Shown: piece by piece, positions 1-9,076 of the stretch | Position numbering within the stretch: position 1 is the stretch's first letter | Layout: the number at the start of each line of letters is the position of its first letter | Made by a program: the position numbers and the translations under genes | Assembly: GCA_036821485.1 (NCBI GenBank) | Contig: DAISJM010000001.1 | Coordinates: forward strand, 72,320-136,319 | Length of the DNA stretch: 64,000 nucleotides | Direction of reading: 5' to 3' | Source: Verrucomicrobiota bacterium | GTDB lineage: Bacteria; Verrucomicrobiota; Kiritimatiellia; CAIQIC01; JAGNIJ01 | Notes under the pieces: generated by a model | What the model was told of the DNA's origin: nothing | Seen by the model: the letters and a program-made list of their open reading frames with translations, nothing else | Database searches by the model: none

Positions 1-296
1 ACACGTTGGTGCCGGCGTTCACGTAGAATTCGAGGTAGTGGCAATTGGTGAGCGTGGTTGCGGGATGATAAAGCGACAGCGCACCCCATGCGAGATAGGT
101 GACCGAGATCGACTTCGTACCGCTGTATTTCGGCGAGGAGTTGTTGAAGTCGCGTGTGCAATCCCATGACCAGTCTGCCCAGTCGGCTCCGAGACTGTCG
201 CCATACACGCTCAGGTTGGACTGTGCCGCAGCGATATGTGCGGAGCCGAACAGCAATACAGCGGCCAGTAGAGGATGAAAGACGTGGCGACGCATG
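1..296 (-). CDS. Secreted protein, N-terminal fragment; runs off window start
   Basis: Minus-strand ATG at 296 opens MRRHVFHPLLAAVLLFGSAHIAAAQSN..., a hydrophobic signal peptide. No stop before position 1, so it is absent from the ORF track. Confidence 0.4.
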
Positions 297-357
297 ACAC
301 CACAAAAATACCGGAAAAGCGGGCTTTGATGTAGGGCGTATCGAAGGGAAGGGCGTG

Positions 358-591
358 TCAGCCGCCGCCGACCGGGAGCGAGAAGACCACCTTGTCGCCA
401 TTGCTCAGCCGATACGGAAGCCGCTGCTGCTTGCCGTTGACGAACGGTACAACGTATTTCTGATGCATGGGCTGCACGTGAAGTTGGGTGAGCAGATCGG
501 CAATGGTGCAGCCGTCCGGGACCTCCACATCGTCCCCGTTACGGACGCCTTCGAGCTGCAGTACGGCGGTATACTCAAGATGAATCTTCAT
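358..591 (-). CDS. MoaD/ThiS-family sulfur-carrier-like protein
   Basis: 77-aa ORF with ubiquitin-like size and a C-terminal GGG (..SLPVGGG). It lies immediately downstream of the nitroreductase on the same strand. Confidence 0.55.
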   Translation of the reverse strand: MKIHLEYTAVLQLEGVRNGDDVEVPDGCTIADLLTQLHVQPMHQKYVVPFVNGKQQRLPYRLSNGDKVVFSLPVGGG

Positions 592-603
592 GACCGTTGC
601 GGT

Positions 604-1113
604 CTACCACTTTTCCAAGTGCAGGATGTCCTTCAGTTCTTTTCTCTTCTTTGGTGCCGGGGCGTTTGCGGCTTTTCCGAGCGGCGTCATGGCGACGGGC
701 TCGACGCCTTCGGGGATGCCGAGCGTCTTCTTGACCTTGGTCGCATCAAAGGCGCCAACCCAGCATGTACCCAGTCCAAGATCGGTCGCGCAGAGCGTCA
801 TATGGTCCATGGCAATCGCCCCATCGACCCAGGCGAAATTCTTTCCGTCGAACCGCGTCCACGCGCGAGCGGGTTCGACACAGACCACGATGATGACCGG
901 CGCCTGCCAGAACCAAGTTTTGGCGTAGGCGTCACCCAGCGCGCGCTGAATGGCCGGGTCGCGTACGACGATGAAATGCCACGGTTGGAAGTTGGCGGCC
1001 GATGGCGCGATGCGACCCGCCTCGAGCACTTTCTGGAGCAGGTCCTCGGGAACGGGGTCTGTGGTGTAGGCGCGTACGCTTGATCTTTTCAAGGCCAGTT
1101 CGAGGAAGCTCAT
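604..1113 (-). CDS. Nitroreductase family protein
   Basis: 169 aa with RSSVRAYT..QKVLEAGRIAPSAANFQPWHFIVV, a typical NAD(P)H nitroreductase fold signature. Confidence 0.8.
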   Translation of the reverse strand: MSFLELALKRSSVRAYTTDPVPEDLLQKVLEAGRIAPSAANFQPWHFIVVRDPAIQRALGDAYAKTWFWQAPVIIVVCVEPARAWTRFDGKNFAWVDGAIAMDHMTLCATDLGLGTCWVGAFDATKVKKTLGIPEGVEPVAMTPLGKAANAPAPKKRKELKDILHLEKW

Positions 1114-1161
1114 AAGAATGTTTTCCGTTATGTCCTAAACACACTATAAACCAAGTTAGCC

Positions 1162-3126
1162 ATGAGTGCCAACCCGGTAGGCCAAGTTGGGGAGACGTTG
1201 AAAGCATGGGTGATGCGCTTGCCCGGCTGGGTGAGGACGCTTCTTCCGCGCCTTCTCGGTTTCTGCGTTGTCGCCTTCATCTTCTACATCATGTCCCTCT
1301 CGAAGTTTGCCACATTGCAGCAGTGCCAGGTGTTCGATCCCAAGGATGACCTGGGCATGTACTGGACGGAGAACGCATTTCACTATCGTTACGCGAAAAT
1401 GGCGGCGCTCGGCGACGGTATCCCCGCGGTCGATCCCAAGATGCAGTATCCCGAGGGCATGCATGTGTTGCGCGACGAGATGCCGATGATGGAGCGCTTT
1501 GCCGGTTTTGCGTGGCGTCATTTCCATCAGCCGGGTATTCCCTTTCATGTCTTCCTCGCGCGGCTGGTCTGTTTCTACTCCAGTCTCATCATCTTTCCGG
1601 CGTACCTGCTTTCCGCTCGGCTTTGGCGGAGCGCATTGGCCGGGGTGGTGACCTGCGCGTTCTATGCGCTGACGTATTCGTTCTTCGGCCCCGTGGTGCT
1701 CGGGGCCTACGTTCGCCAGGATTTCGTGCTGCCGTTTCTTTTTCTCGCAACCTACTTCTTTGTGGGGGCGATCGACTCGGGCGGGGGATGGCGCGCCGTC
1801 GTGGCGGCACTGGTTCTTCTTTTCTCCATGGCCTCGTGGCACCTGTCGCAGTTCTATTACCTGGTCTTCCTCGGCTGTGTGACCGTGGTCTACTTCGCAG
1901 CGCCCGGCGCGCGCGCGGGAATTATCCGCACGCTGGCGGTCGTGACGGCGATGTTGTTCGCCGCGTCGTGGTTCGTACTTCCGCTGCGTAGCGGCGGGCT
2001 GCCGCTGTCGTTCGCCATGCTGGCCAGCTACGCGCTGCTGATTCAGCACGCGGTGTTCCGCAAGCAGGTTGTGAGCAGCACGTGGCGGCGACTGATCGTG
2101 TTTGGCGTATCGCTCGTGGCGCTGGTCGCTCTGGCGGGCGCGCTTCCGGGCGGTCACTACGGCCGCTACTCGCACGTCTACGCGCTGATGATCGACAAGA
2201 TCCGCTTCCTTGGCGTCAAACCCGCCGATCCATCACGCCTGAGTTTTGAATCGCGCGTGATGTGGACATCGTCCTTCCGTAGTCCGGGCTTGTCGGTCTG
2301 GTTTGGGTGGTTGGGCATGTCGTGGCTGGCCGGTACGGCTGGGCTGTTGTTGGCCGCGCGAGAGGCGTGGCGGACGCGTGCAACGCGGGTGGGCGAATGG
2401 GTGGTCGGGGGGGTGGCCGTTGTCTTTGCGCTGCTGTTCGCGCTGATCTGGCGGATGGAAGTGTTCGCGGCCTTTTTTGTGTGCGTGATGGCCGGGGCGG
2501 TGGTGGCCCGCCTTCCGTCCTGGCGCGAACGGGTGGCGGCGCTGATGATCGTGCTGGTTCTGCTGGCCTCGGATTTCAAGAAGCTGAAGAAGTACTACCT
2601 CACGAGCATGGCGCCGCTGGCGTCGGAGTACCGGGGCGTGATCGACTGGCTGCGGCAAAACACCGGGCCGGATGATCCGGTGCTGGCGTTGTTTCAGTTC
2701 AGTCCGGTGATCTGCGCATATGCCGACCGGCCGGTGATCGTACATTCGAAGTTCGAGAACCAACTCGTGCGCGAGAAGGTGGAGGAATTCTACACGCGGC
2801 TCTACGACCCGGAGCCGGCGTTCTATGCCTTCTGCACCCGGTACGGCGCGAGATATGTGGTGTATCAGCCGGCGATGCTGCTAGATACCTCGGCCGACTC
2901 GCTGCGCTACATGGTCAACCGGCTGATGGTGGACATGAACAGCACGGCGGTGCTGATGAACTTCGCGCCGCAGGCACTCCAGCGATTCGAACTCGTGTAC
3001 CAGGACCCGTCACACCGGATCTTCCGCGTGCTGGAAGCCGGCGAGACGCCGCATCCTGCCACGGTCGAGCCGCTGCCGGTCTACAACAGCAAGATGTTTC
3101 GGCGAGAGGATATCGGCCTGCGGTGA
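1162..3126 (+). CDS. Polytopic membrane protein; possible GT-C-fold glycosyltransferase (ArnT/PMT-like) with a C-terminal soluble domain
   Basis: 654-aa ORF with many predicted TM helices over the first ~480 aa and a soluble C-terminal ~170 aa. The coding call is strong; the function is inferred from architecture only. Confidence 0.45.
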   Translation: MSANPVGQVGETLKAWVMRLPGWVRTLLPRLLGFCVVAFIFYIMSLSKFATLQQCQVFDPKDDLGMYWTENAFHYRYAKMAALGDGIPAVDPKMQYPEGMHVLRDEMPMMERFAGFAWRHFHQPGIPFHVFLARLVCFYSSLIIFPAYLLSARLWRSALAGVVTCAFYALTYSFFGPVVLGAYVRQDFVLPFLFLATYFFVGAIDSGGGWRAVVAALVLLFSMASWHLSQFYYLVFLGCVTVVYFAAPGARAGIIRTLAVVTAMLFAASWFVLPLRSGGLPLSFAMLASYALLIQHAVFRKQVVSSTWRRLIVFGVSLVALVALAGALPGGHYGRYSHVYALMIDKIRFLGVKPADPSRLSFESRVMWTSSFRSPGLSVWFGWLGMSWLAGTAGLLLAAREAWRTRATRVGEWVVGGVAVVFALLFALIWRMEVFAAFFVCVMAGAVVARLPSWRERVAALMIVLVLLASDFKKLKKYYLTSMAPLASEYRGVIDWLRQNTGPDDPVLALFQFSPVICAYADRPVIVHSKFENQLVREKVEEFYTRLYDPEPAFYAFCTRYGARYVVYQPAMLLDTSADSLRYMVNRLMVDMNSTAVLMNFAPQALQRFELVYQDPSHRIFRVLEAGETPHPATVEPLPVYNSKMFRREDIGLR

Positions 3127-3139
3127 CGGCGCGCGCGCC

Positions 3140-3175
3140 TTGACAGAATCGGCGCGCGGACGTACCTACAATCGC
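3140..3175 (+). promoter_or_regulatory. Candidate sigma70-like promoter for the response-regulator gene
   Basis: TTGACA at 3140, then 17 nt to TACCTA (or 21 nt to TACAAT). A strong RBS, AAGGAGGA, sits at 3208-3215. Confidence 0.25.
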
Positions 3176-3221
3176 ATAGGGGCTGGCTTGTGGGCATTCC
3201 CAGGCGCAAGGAGGACCACCC

Positions 3222-3626
3222 TTGAGAAAGATACTCTCTGTCGATGATGATCCCAACGTACTCAGGGCTTTCCAAACCACGCTGAAGCAGAAGGGGTACG
3301 AGGTATTCATCACCACCAACCCGAATGAGGCGGCGGACATTCTGGCGGCCCACGAGATCGATCTCATCATGCTCGACATCCGCATGCCGGAGAAGAACGG
3401 GTTCGAGATCTTTGCCGAAGTGAAGAAGAAGTACAGCAAGCTGCCCGTGCTGTTTGTCACCGCGTATCCAAAGTCCTTCACCATGCGATCGAGCGAAATG
3501 GTGCGCATGTGGGAGGAGGATTTTGCGGATGGCCAGACCGACATCCTGTACAAGCCTTTCACGATAGATTCGCTTTACGAAAAGGTCGAAGGACTGATTG
3601 GCAAGGCCGACGAATTACCGTCATGA
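3222..3626 (+). CDS. Stand-alone response-regulator receiver (CheY-like) protein
   Basis: TTG start six nt after the AAGGAGGA RBS. Receiver motifs are present: SVDDDP, IDLIMLDIRMP (phospho-Asp), LPVLFVTAY and ILYKPF. Confidence 0.8.
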   Translation: MRKILSVDDDPNVLRAFQTTLKQKGYEVFITTNPNEAADILAAHEIDLIMLDIRMPEKNGFEIFAEVKKKYSKLPVLFVTAYPKSFTMRSSEMVRMWEEDFADGQTDILYKPFTIDSLYEKVEGLIGKADELPS

Positions 3627-3997
3627 ACCTTTCGCCATTGGAGAGGATCGAGCTGTATCGGCAGGCGCGCATCGTCCTGGTGCGGCACCTGATCGATCTC
3701 GGCCGCGTGACGATCCAGGTGGCGGCCAGCCACCTGCATTTGCGTGGCGAAATGGTCCGTTTGCCCGGCGTCACGGCGAAGCTGACCCCGGACGTGATGC
3801 AGGCCATCATGGCCGAGCTTGGCCGCATCCCCGGCGTGCGCCGCGCTTCAGCGGAACTCAGCAATTGGACGACTGACAACGGCGGCGGTTGGCAGCCGGT
3901 CGAAGCCGCCAAGCATGGGGGCAGCGACGTCTTCATCGACCCGACCCCGCAGACTTTCGATCTCGGGAAGCCGAAGGATCCTGATCCGCCCAAGTAA
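3623..3997 (+). CDS. Hypothetical protein translationally coupled to the response regulator
   Basis: ATG at 3623 overlaps the receiver stop (ATGA). ~124 aa with no recognised domain (MNLSPLERIELYRQARIVLVRHLIDLGRV...). Confidence 0.5.
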   Translation: MNLSPLERIELYRQARIVLVRHLIDLGRVTIQVAASHLHLRGEMVRLPGVTAKLTPDVMQAIMAELGRIPGVRRASAELSNWTTDNGGGWQPVEAAKHGGSDVFIDPTPQTFDLGKPKDPDPPK

Positions 3998-4110
3998 GCC
4001 GCGTAAGACAGCGCCTTTGGGCCGTATTGACGGCCCGGAACCCCCGGCGTACTCTGATTTCCGCATTTCGGTCGTGTTTCGCACGGCCGCGACGCAAGGA
4101 GAATGCATCG

Positions 4111-5598
4111 ATGAGGAAAATCATCACGTCCATCCGGAAAGACGTTGTTGCCAAGAGTATCCAGCGGGCCAGGGAGCGTAAGGTCATTCTCCCGCAATTT
4201 GCGCAGCAGAAGGATCCTTCGAAGATTCCGGCGAAGATCGTGGACAAACTGAAAGGCATCGGTCTTTGGGACATCAACCCCCTGAACCTTTTCCGCATCA
4301 CATGGAAGAACGAGGCGACCCCCAAGGGCGGCGGTTTCAACGAGGGCAACTGGATTGAATTCCCGTCCGAACTGACCGGGGTGGATGCGAAGATCGTCGG
4401 CATCTCCGGCAAGTGGTTCCCGACCGGTGCGCACAAGGTCGGCGCCGCCTACGGCTGCCTCGTGCCGCGCCTTGTGTCCGGCAATTTCGATCCCACCACG
4501 CAGAAGGCCGTCTGGCCATCCACCGGCAACTACTGCCGCGGCGGCGCCTATGACTGCGCCTTGTTGGGCTGCCCCGCCGTGGCGATCCTGCCCGAGGGCA
4601 TGAGCCAGGAACGATTCACATGGCTGAAGTCCATCGGCACCGATGAAATCATCGCCACGCCGGGCACCGAGTCCAATGTGAAAGAGATTTACGACAAGTG
4701 CTGGGAACTGCGTCGTGACCGTGGCGACAAGATCGTCATCTTCAACCAGTTCGAGGAATTTGGCAATTCGGTCTGGCACTACCAGATGACCGGCGGTGTG
4801 ATCGAAGAGCTGTTCGAGAAACACTTCAAGCCGTCCGGCAAGCGCCTCTCCGGCTACATCAGTGCGACCGGCTCGGCAGGAACGATCGCCGCGGGCGATT
4901 TCCTCCGCACGAAACACCCGGCCCTTCGCGTGGTGGCTACCGAGGCGCTGCAGTGTCCGACGCTCTACCAGTTCGGATTTGGCGCGCACCGCATTGAAGG
5001 CATCGGCGACAAGCACGTACCGTGGATTCACAACGTGCGCAACACCGACGCTGTGGCGGCCATCGACGACGAGCAAGTGATGCAGCTTCTGCGCCTCTTC
5101 AACGAGCCTGCGGGTCAGAAGTATCTCGAGCAGCGGGGTGTCAAGAAGGCGGTGATTGATCGCCTGCCCTGGCTTGGGATATCCTGTATCTGCAACCTCG
5201 TGGCGGCGATCAAGACGGCGAAGTTCTTCGACATGGATTCGCGTGACGTGCTCTTCACGCCGCTCACCGACTCCATGGAACTGTACGCCTCGCGCCAGAA
5301 GGAGATGACCGAGCAGCACGGGAAGTACGACGAACTCAAGGCTGCCTCGCACTTTGCGCGGTACCTGGAAGGCACGTCGGTGGACTTCTACCGCGAGCTG
5401 ACCTACTTCGACCGCAAGGCGCTGCACCAGTTCAAGTACTTCACCTGGGTCGAGCAGCAGGGCAAGAGCTCTGAAGATCTGCGGGAGCTGTGGGATGAAG
5501 ACTTCTGGAAGGAACTCTTCGCCGACGAACAGGTGAAGGAATGGGATAAGCTCATCGCCGAGTTCAACGACGCGGCGGGTGTGCTGAAGCAGCTGTGA
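4111..5598 (+). CDS. PLP-dependent fold-type II enzyme (cysteine synthase/CBS family-like) with a long C-terminal extension
   Basis: ATG at 4111 after the AAGGAGA RBS. ..FPTGAHKVGAAYG.. is a candidate PLP-Lys region, and STGNYCRGGAYDCALLGCPAVAILPEGMSQERFTWLKSIGTDEI resembles CysK. The product is ~495 aa. Confidence 0.65.
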   Translation: MRKIITSIRKDVVAKSIQRARERKVILPQFAQQKDPSKIPAKIVDKLKGIGLWDINPLNLFRITWKNEATPKGGGFNEGNWIEFPSELTGVDAKIVGISGKWFPTGAHKVGAAYGCLVPRLVSGNFDPTTQKAVWPSTGNYCRGGAYDCALLGCPAVAILPEGMSQERFTWLKSIGTDEIIATPGTESNVKEIYDKCWELRRDRGDKIVIFNQFEEFGNSVWHYQMTGGVIEELFEKHFKPSGKRLSGYISATGSAGTIAAGDFLRTKHPALRVVATEALQCPTLYQFGFGAHRIEGIGDKHVPWIHNVRNTDAVAAIDDEQVMQLLRLFNEPAGQKYLEQRGVKKAVIDRLPWLGISCICNLVAAIKTAKFFDMDSRDVLFTPLTDSMELYASRQKEMTEQHGKYDELKAASHFARYLEGTSVDFYRELTYFDRKALHQFKYFTWVEQQGKSSEDLRELWDEDFWKELFADEQVKEWDKLIAEFNDAAGVLKQL

Positions 5599-5649
5599 TT
5601 TTTCCAACCCTTGGAAAAGACGCAGCACGATTTTCCAAGGGTTGGAAAC
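5598..5649. repeat. Palindromic element copy A (TTTTCCAACCCTTGGAAAA-N12-TTTTCCAAGGGTTGGAAA)
   Basis: A 19-bp arm and its exact reverse complement, separated by 12 nt. It starts at the stop codon of the upstream PLP gene and ends 14 nt before the ygeY RBS. Related copies lie at 19064-19117 and 47278-47328. Confidence 0.8.
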
Positions 5650-5663
5650 TTTAGGAGGACTCC

Positions 5664-6857
5664 GTGAAAAATAAGTTCTACGAACTGGCAAAGAAGAATG
5701 AAAAGGCCCTGGTCCAGTTCATGGCCGACATTGTATCGATTCCCTCACTGAGCAGCCAGGAAGGCGCCGTCGTCAAACGCATGGCCGATGAGATGAAGAA
5801 GCTCGGCTACGACGAAGTGACGATCGACGGCATGGGGAACCTGATCGGCCGCATCGGCAACGGCCCCATCAAGATTGCGTTCGACGGGCACTGCGACACG
5901 GTCGACGTGGGCAACGCCTCGCTGTGGAAGAAGAAACCCTATCCGGCCACGATTGAGAACGGGATTCTCTACGGGCGCGGCGCGAGCGATCAGAAGGGCG
6001 GCGTGGCGTCGTCGATTTACTGCGCGCCGCTGCTCAAGGAGGCCGGCCTGCCGAAGAACGTGTCCGTCTACGTTGTCGCTTCGGTGCAAGAGGAAGACTG
6101 CGACGGCCTTTGCTGGCAGTACATCGTCAAGGAACACAAGCTGAAGCCCGACGTGGTGTGTTTGACCGAGCCGACCAGTCTCCGGATCTATCGCGGGCAT
6201 CGCGGCCGCATGGAGATCGAGGTTGCGACGTCTGGCATCTCGTGCCACGGCTCTGCGCCCGAGCGCGGCGTGAACGCGGTCTATAAGATGGCGCCGATCA
6301 TCAAGGATATCGAACAGCTCAACGAACGGCTTCAGCCGCGCGCGCCGCTGGGGAAGGGGACGGTCACGATCAGTCACATCCGTTCCACGTCGCCCAGCCT
6401 TTGCGCGGTCGCCGATGGGTGTACCATTCATCTCGATCGCCGGCTCACCGTTGGCGAAACGGAAGAGACCTCGGTGAAGGAGTTGTACGATCTGCCGTCC
6501 GTCAAGGCGGCGGGCGCAAAGGTCACCGTGCTGGATTACGCAGTACCCAGTTGGAAAGGGCTGACGTACCCGACGAAGAAATACTATCCGACGTGGGAGT
6601 TCCCCGAATCGTCACCGCACGTGCAAAAGGCGATTGCCGGTTACGAGGCGACGTTCGGACAGAAGCCGGAGGTCGGCCACTGGACCTTCAGCACCAACGG
6701 CATCGCGACCGCGGGGATGTTCGGCATTCCGTCGCTGGGCTTCGGCCCGGGTCATGAGAAGTTCGCGCATTTTCCGGACGAGCAGATCGAAATTGAGCAT
6801 CTCGTTCGAGCTGCGGCATTCTACGCGGGCTTTGTTTCCGCGTTCGGCGAGCGCTGA
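5664..6857 (+). CDS. ygeY: YgeY-family M20 peptidase/hydrolase (selenium-metabolism-linked hydrolase family)
   Basis: 397 aa. N-terminus MKNKFYELAKKNEKALVQFMADIVSIPSLSSQEG; HCDTVDVG, GASDQKGG and HGSAPERGVNAV match the ArgE/DapE M20 fold. RBS TTAGGAGGAC. Confidence 0.85.
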   Translation: MKNKFYELAKKNEKALVQFMADIVSIPSLSSQEGAVVKRMADEMKKLGYDEVTIDGMGNLIGRIGNGPIKIAFDGHCDTVDVGNASLWKKKPYPATIENGILYGRGASDQKGGVASSIYCAPLLKEAGLPKNVSVYVVASVQEEDCDGLCWQYIVKEHKLKPDVVCLTEPTSLRIYRGHRGRMEIEVATSGISCHGSAPERGVNAVYKMAPIIKDIEQLNERLQPRAPLGKGTVTISHIRSTSPSLCAVADGCTIHLDRRLTVGETEETSVKELYDLPSVKAAGAKVTVLDYAVPSWKGLTYPTKKYYPTWEFPESSPHVQKAIAGYEATFGQKPEVGHWTFSTNGIATAGMFGIPSLGFGPGHEKFAHFPDEQIEIEHLVRAAAFYAGFVSAFGER

Positions 6858-6907
6858 TGCCCGTTTCCGTTTGACTTTGGAATGCCGCTGACTATACGGG
6901 GACGTCC

Positions 6908-8251
6908 ATGATTAATTCATGGATGGGGGTATGGCGGTCGCTGCGGCAGCGCGTAAGAGCTGCCTCCCAATATCCTCTTTTCTCGGCCGTGGTCTCTTTC
7001 CTCATTCTTGGCGGGTGGATCGTCCGTTCCATGGTGGGCGTGGCGTCGATCCGCTGGATGTTGGTCTACGATGTCACGGATGTGCAGACGCTGCGGCAGT
7101 ACCTGCATTTCATCACGAATCTTCGCATTCCGATTCCTCCGGTCATCGCCACGTTGGAGATTCTCGATTACTGGCTTTGCGGCCGGTCGCTGATCATGAC
7201 GGTCTGGATGTATCGGGCCGCGTTGGTGCTCGTGTATGTGCTGGCCTTGGTGCACGCGCGCCGATCGGTATGGCGGCTGCTGGCGGCCTTCGGCCTTTCG
7301 GTAGAGTTCATCTGGGCCACGAGCGTCATTCATCCCTACAACCCGCCGACGTACGACATCTGGTTTCCACTATTTCTGTGGTTGTTCGTGTTGCTGTTGG
7401 ATCAGGCCCGCGGGGTGGATGGGCGGCGGGGCCTGATCTACAGTTGTTGGGCCGGATTCTTCCTGTCGATGGCGGAGTTGACCCGGCCGTACATGGTTTT
7501 GCTCCTGCCCGTGTTTCTGGTGGCAGGCATTGTGTCGCTGAGATCGTGGTGGAAGAGCCGGCTGCCTGTGTTCCTTCTGCCGCTGCTGATCTTTTCCGGC
7601 GCGTGGCATGTGCATCAATACGTCAAATTCGATGAGATCGTGTGGACGAATCACAACGGATTCAACATTCACCGCGCCTGGCAGATGGTCCCTGATCCGC
7701 CGAAGGTTCCCGAGCCGCATAACTGGCCCGTTGCGTTCGGCCGCTGGCGAAACCTGAATACGCCGGAGCATACCGAGAACAACCACCGAATGAGAGCGGC
7801 GGTGGCGGCGTACATCGTGGCTCATCCTGTCAGGAGTGCTTATCATATCATGGATAAGCTTGCCGTTTTCCTGCATCCGCAGACGCACATGCGGCTGCAC
7901 GACGCTGCAGAGAGGCATCCGATGTTATGGACCTATCGGCTGATCTTTCATCTGGCGATGATCTTCTGGGCGGTTCAACTGGCGATGCTGGTCTTCTACG
8001 GCCTGAAGTTCCGGCGTCGTTGTCTGGACCTGCTGGCCGAACCGGACAACATGCTGATCCTCATCATCCTGATGGTGTCCCTTGTCATCGCCATTGGCGA
8101 GGCGGGCGAGGAGGCGCGATTCCTGCTCTCGCTCCTGCCGTTTTTTGCTGCATTGCCTGTGGCGCGAATACCGAAGCCCCGGATTGATTCGATCCCCGGA
8201 ATGGGGGACAATTCGCGGCGGATGTCACACAACGAGGAGGCCATGCCATGA
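6908..8251 (+). CDS. Polytopic membrane protein, unknown function
   Basis: 447 aa, very hydrophobic, with at least 10 predicted TM segments. Its stop overlaps the next gene (ATGA at 8248). Confidence 0.55.
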   Translation: MINSWMGVWRSLRQRVRAASQYPLFSAVVSFLILGGWIVRSMVGVASIRWMLVYDVTDVQTLRQYLHFITNLRIPIPPVIATLEILDYWLCGRSLIMTVWMYRAALVLVYVLALVHARRSVWRLLAAFGLSVEFIWATSVIHPYNPPTYDIWFPLFLWLFVLLLDQARGVDGRRGLIYSCWAGFFLSMAELTRPYMVLLLPVFLVAGIVSLRSWWKSRLPVFLLPLLIFSGAWHVHQYVKFDEIVWTNHNGFNIHRAWQMVPDPPKVPEPHNWPVAFGRWRNLNTPEHTENNHRMRAAVAAYIVAHPVRSAYHIMDKLAVFLHPQTHMRLHDAAERHPMLWTYRLIFHLAMIFWAVQLAMLVFYGLKFRRRCLDLLAEPDNMLILIILMVSLVIAIGEAGEEARFLLSLLPFFAALPVARIPKPRIDSIPGMGDNSRRMSHNEEAMP

Positions 8252-9030
8252 AGTCGCGTAACCTGTTGATTCTGATCGTCATGATGACTGCCGTGCTCAG
8301 TTCCATGGTGTGGGCTCAGCAGGAGGAACCCCGCTGTGTCATCGTCAGCGACAAGGCGGCGGTCGAGGCGTTTCGTTCACCGGACAATCCGGTGGATGCG
8401 GACTACATTGTGATCGAGGCGGGTCTCGCCGAGCTGGGCTCGGAGGCCGCGCAAGTTCTTCGCGACTGGGTGAAGAGCGGCAAGGGCGCGCTGTTGGATG
8501 GCGGCAAAGCGGCTGTGTTGTTCGACGAACCGGTCGGTTACCAGGCGCTTTACCGCGACCCGTTATCACCCGGTGCGCTGGCGCGACTCGTTGCGGCGAC
8601 CGGCGTGCAGCATCCTCTGCTGACGTCGGTTCAGACCGTGCTGTGGTCGGCGCCGCCGATCGCGCGCTTCCAGAAGAATCTCTCTGACATCAACGCCACA
8701 TCGATTCTGCGGACCGAGTACGGCGATGACGTGGTCGTGGCCATTGACTACGGCGCGGGGCGGGTGGTGATGGTGGACAGCGTGGCGCGGTTGCCGCGCC
8801 GGGCGCAGGCCTCCGCAATGAAGATGGGCTATGACAGCTACCGCTTCGTGGTGAATCTTGAGCTCTGGTTGGCCGGCCGCGAAGTGCCCGCGGAACTCCC
8901 TCTGCAGGAACCCGCCGCGGTCCCCGCTATGCCTGCGGAACCTGTCGTGGCAGCGCCAGCGGCGGAAGAGGCACCGGCTGAGATCGCACCTCCAGCCGAA
9001 CCGGCAGCCGAAGAACCCGCTTCTCCGTAG
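8248..9030 (+). CDS. Secreted protein with a Pro/Ala/Glu-rich C-terminal tail
   Basis: Signal peptide MKSRNLLILIVMMTAVLSSMVWAQQ. The C-terminal 50 aa are low-complexity (PAAVPAMPAEPVVAAPAAEEAPAEIAPPAEPAAEEPASP). Confidence 0.55.
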   Translation: MKSRNLLILIVMMTAVLSSMVWAQQEEPRCVIVSDKAAVEAFRSPDNPVDADYIVIEAGLAELGSEAAQVLRDWVKSGKGALLDGGKAAVLFDEPVGYQALYRDPLSPGALARLVAATGVQHPLLTSVQTVLWSAPPIARFQKNLSDINATSILRTEYGDDVVVAIDYGAGRVVMVDSVARLPRRAQASAMKMGYDSYRFVVNLELWLAGREVPAELPLQEPAAVPAMPAEPVVAAPAAEEAPAEIAPPAEPAAEEPASP

Positions 9031-9076
9031 AAGAGCTGCACGTAGGTCGCTCAGGAGGGACGGAGCGGATCCATCC

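Noticed and set aside
3559-5691. 710-aa antisense ORF opposite the PLP-enzyme gene (also 1156-2175, 5745-6431, 26098-27138, 36168-37580, 54169-58167 and others)
   Set aside because: These long antisense frames are a GC-bias artefact. They lack RBSs, have biased R/P/G composition, and the opposite strand carries recognisable enzymes.
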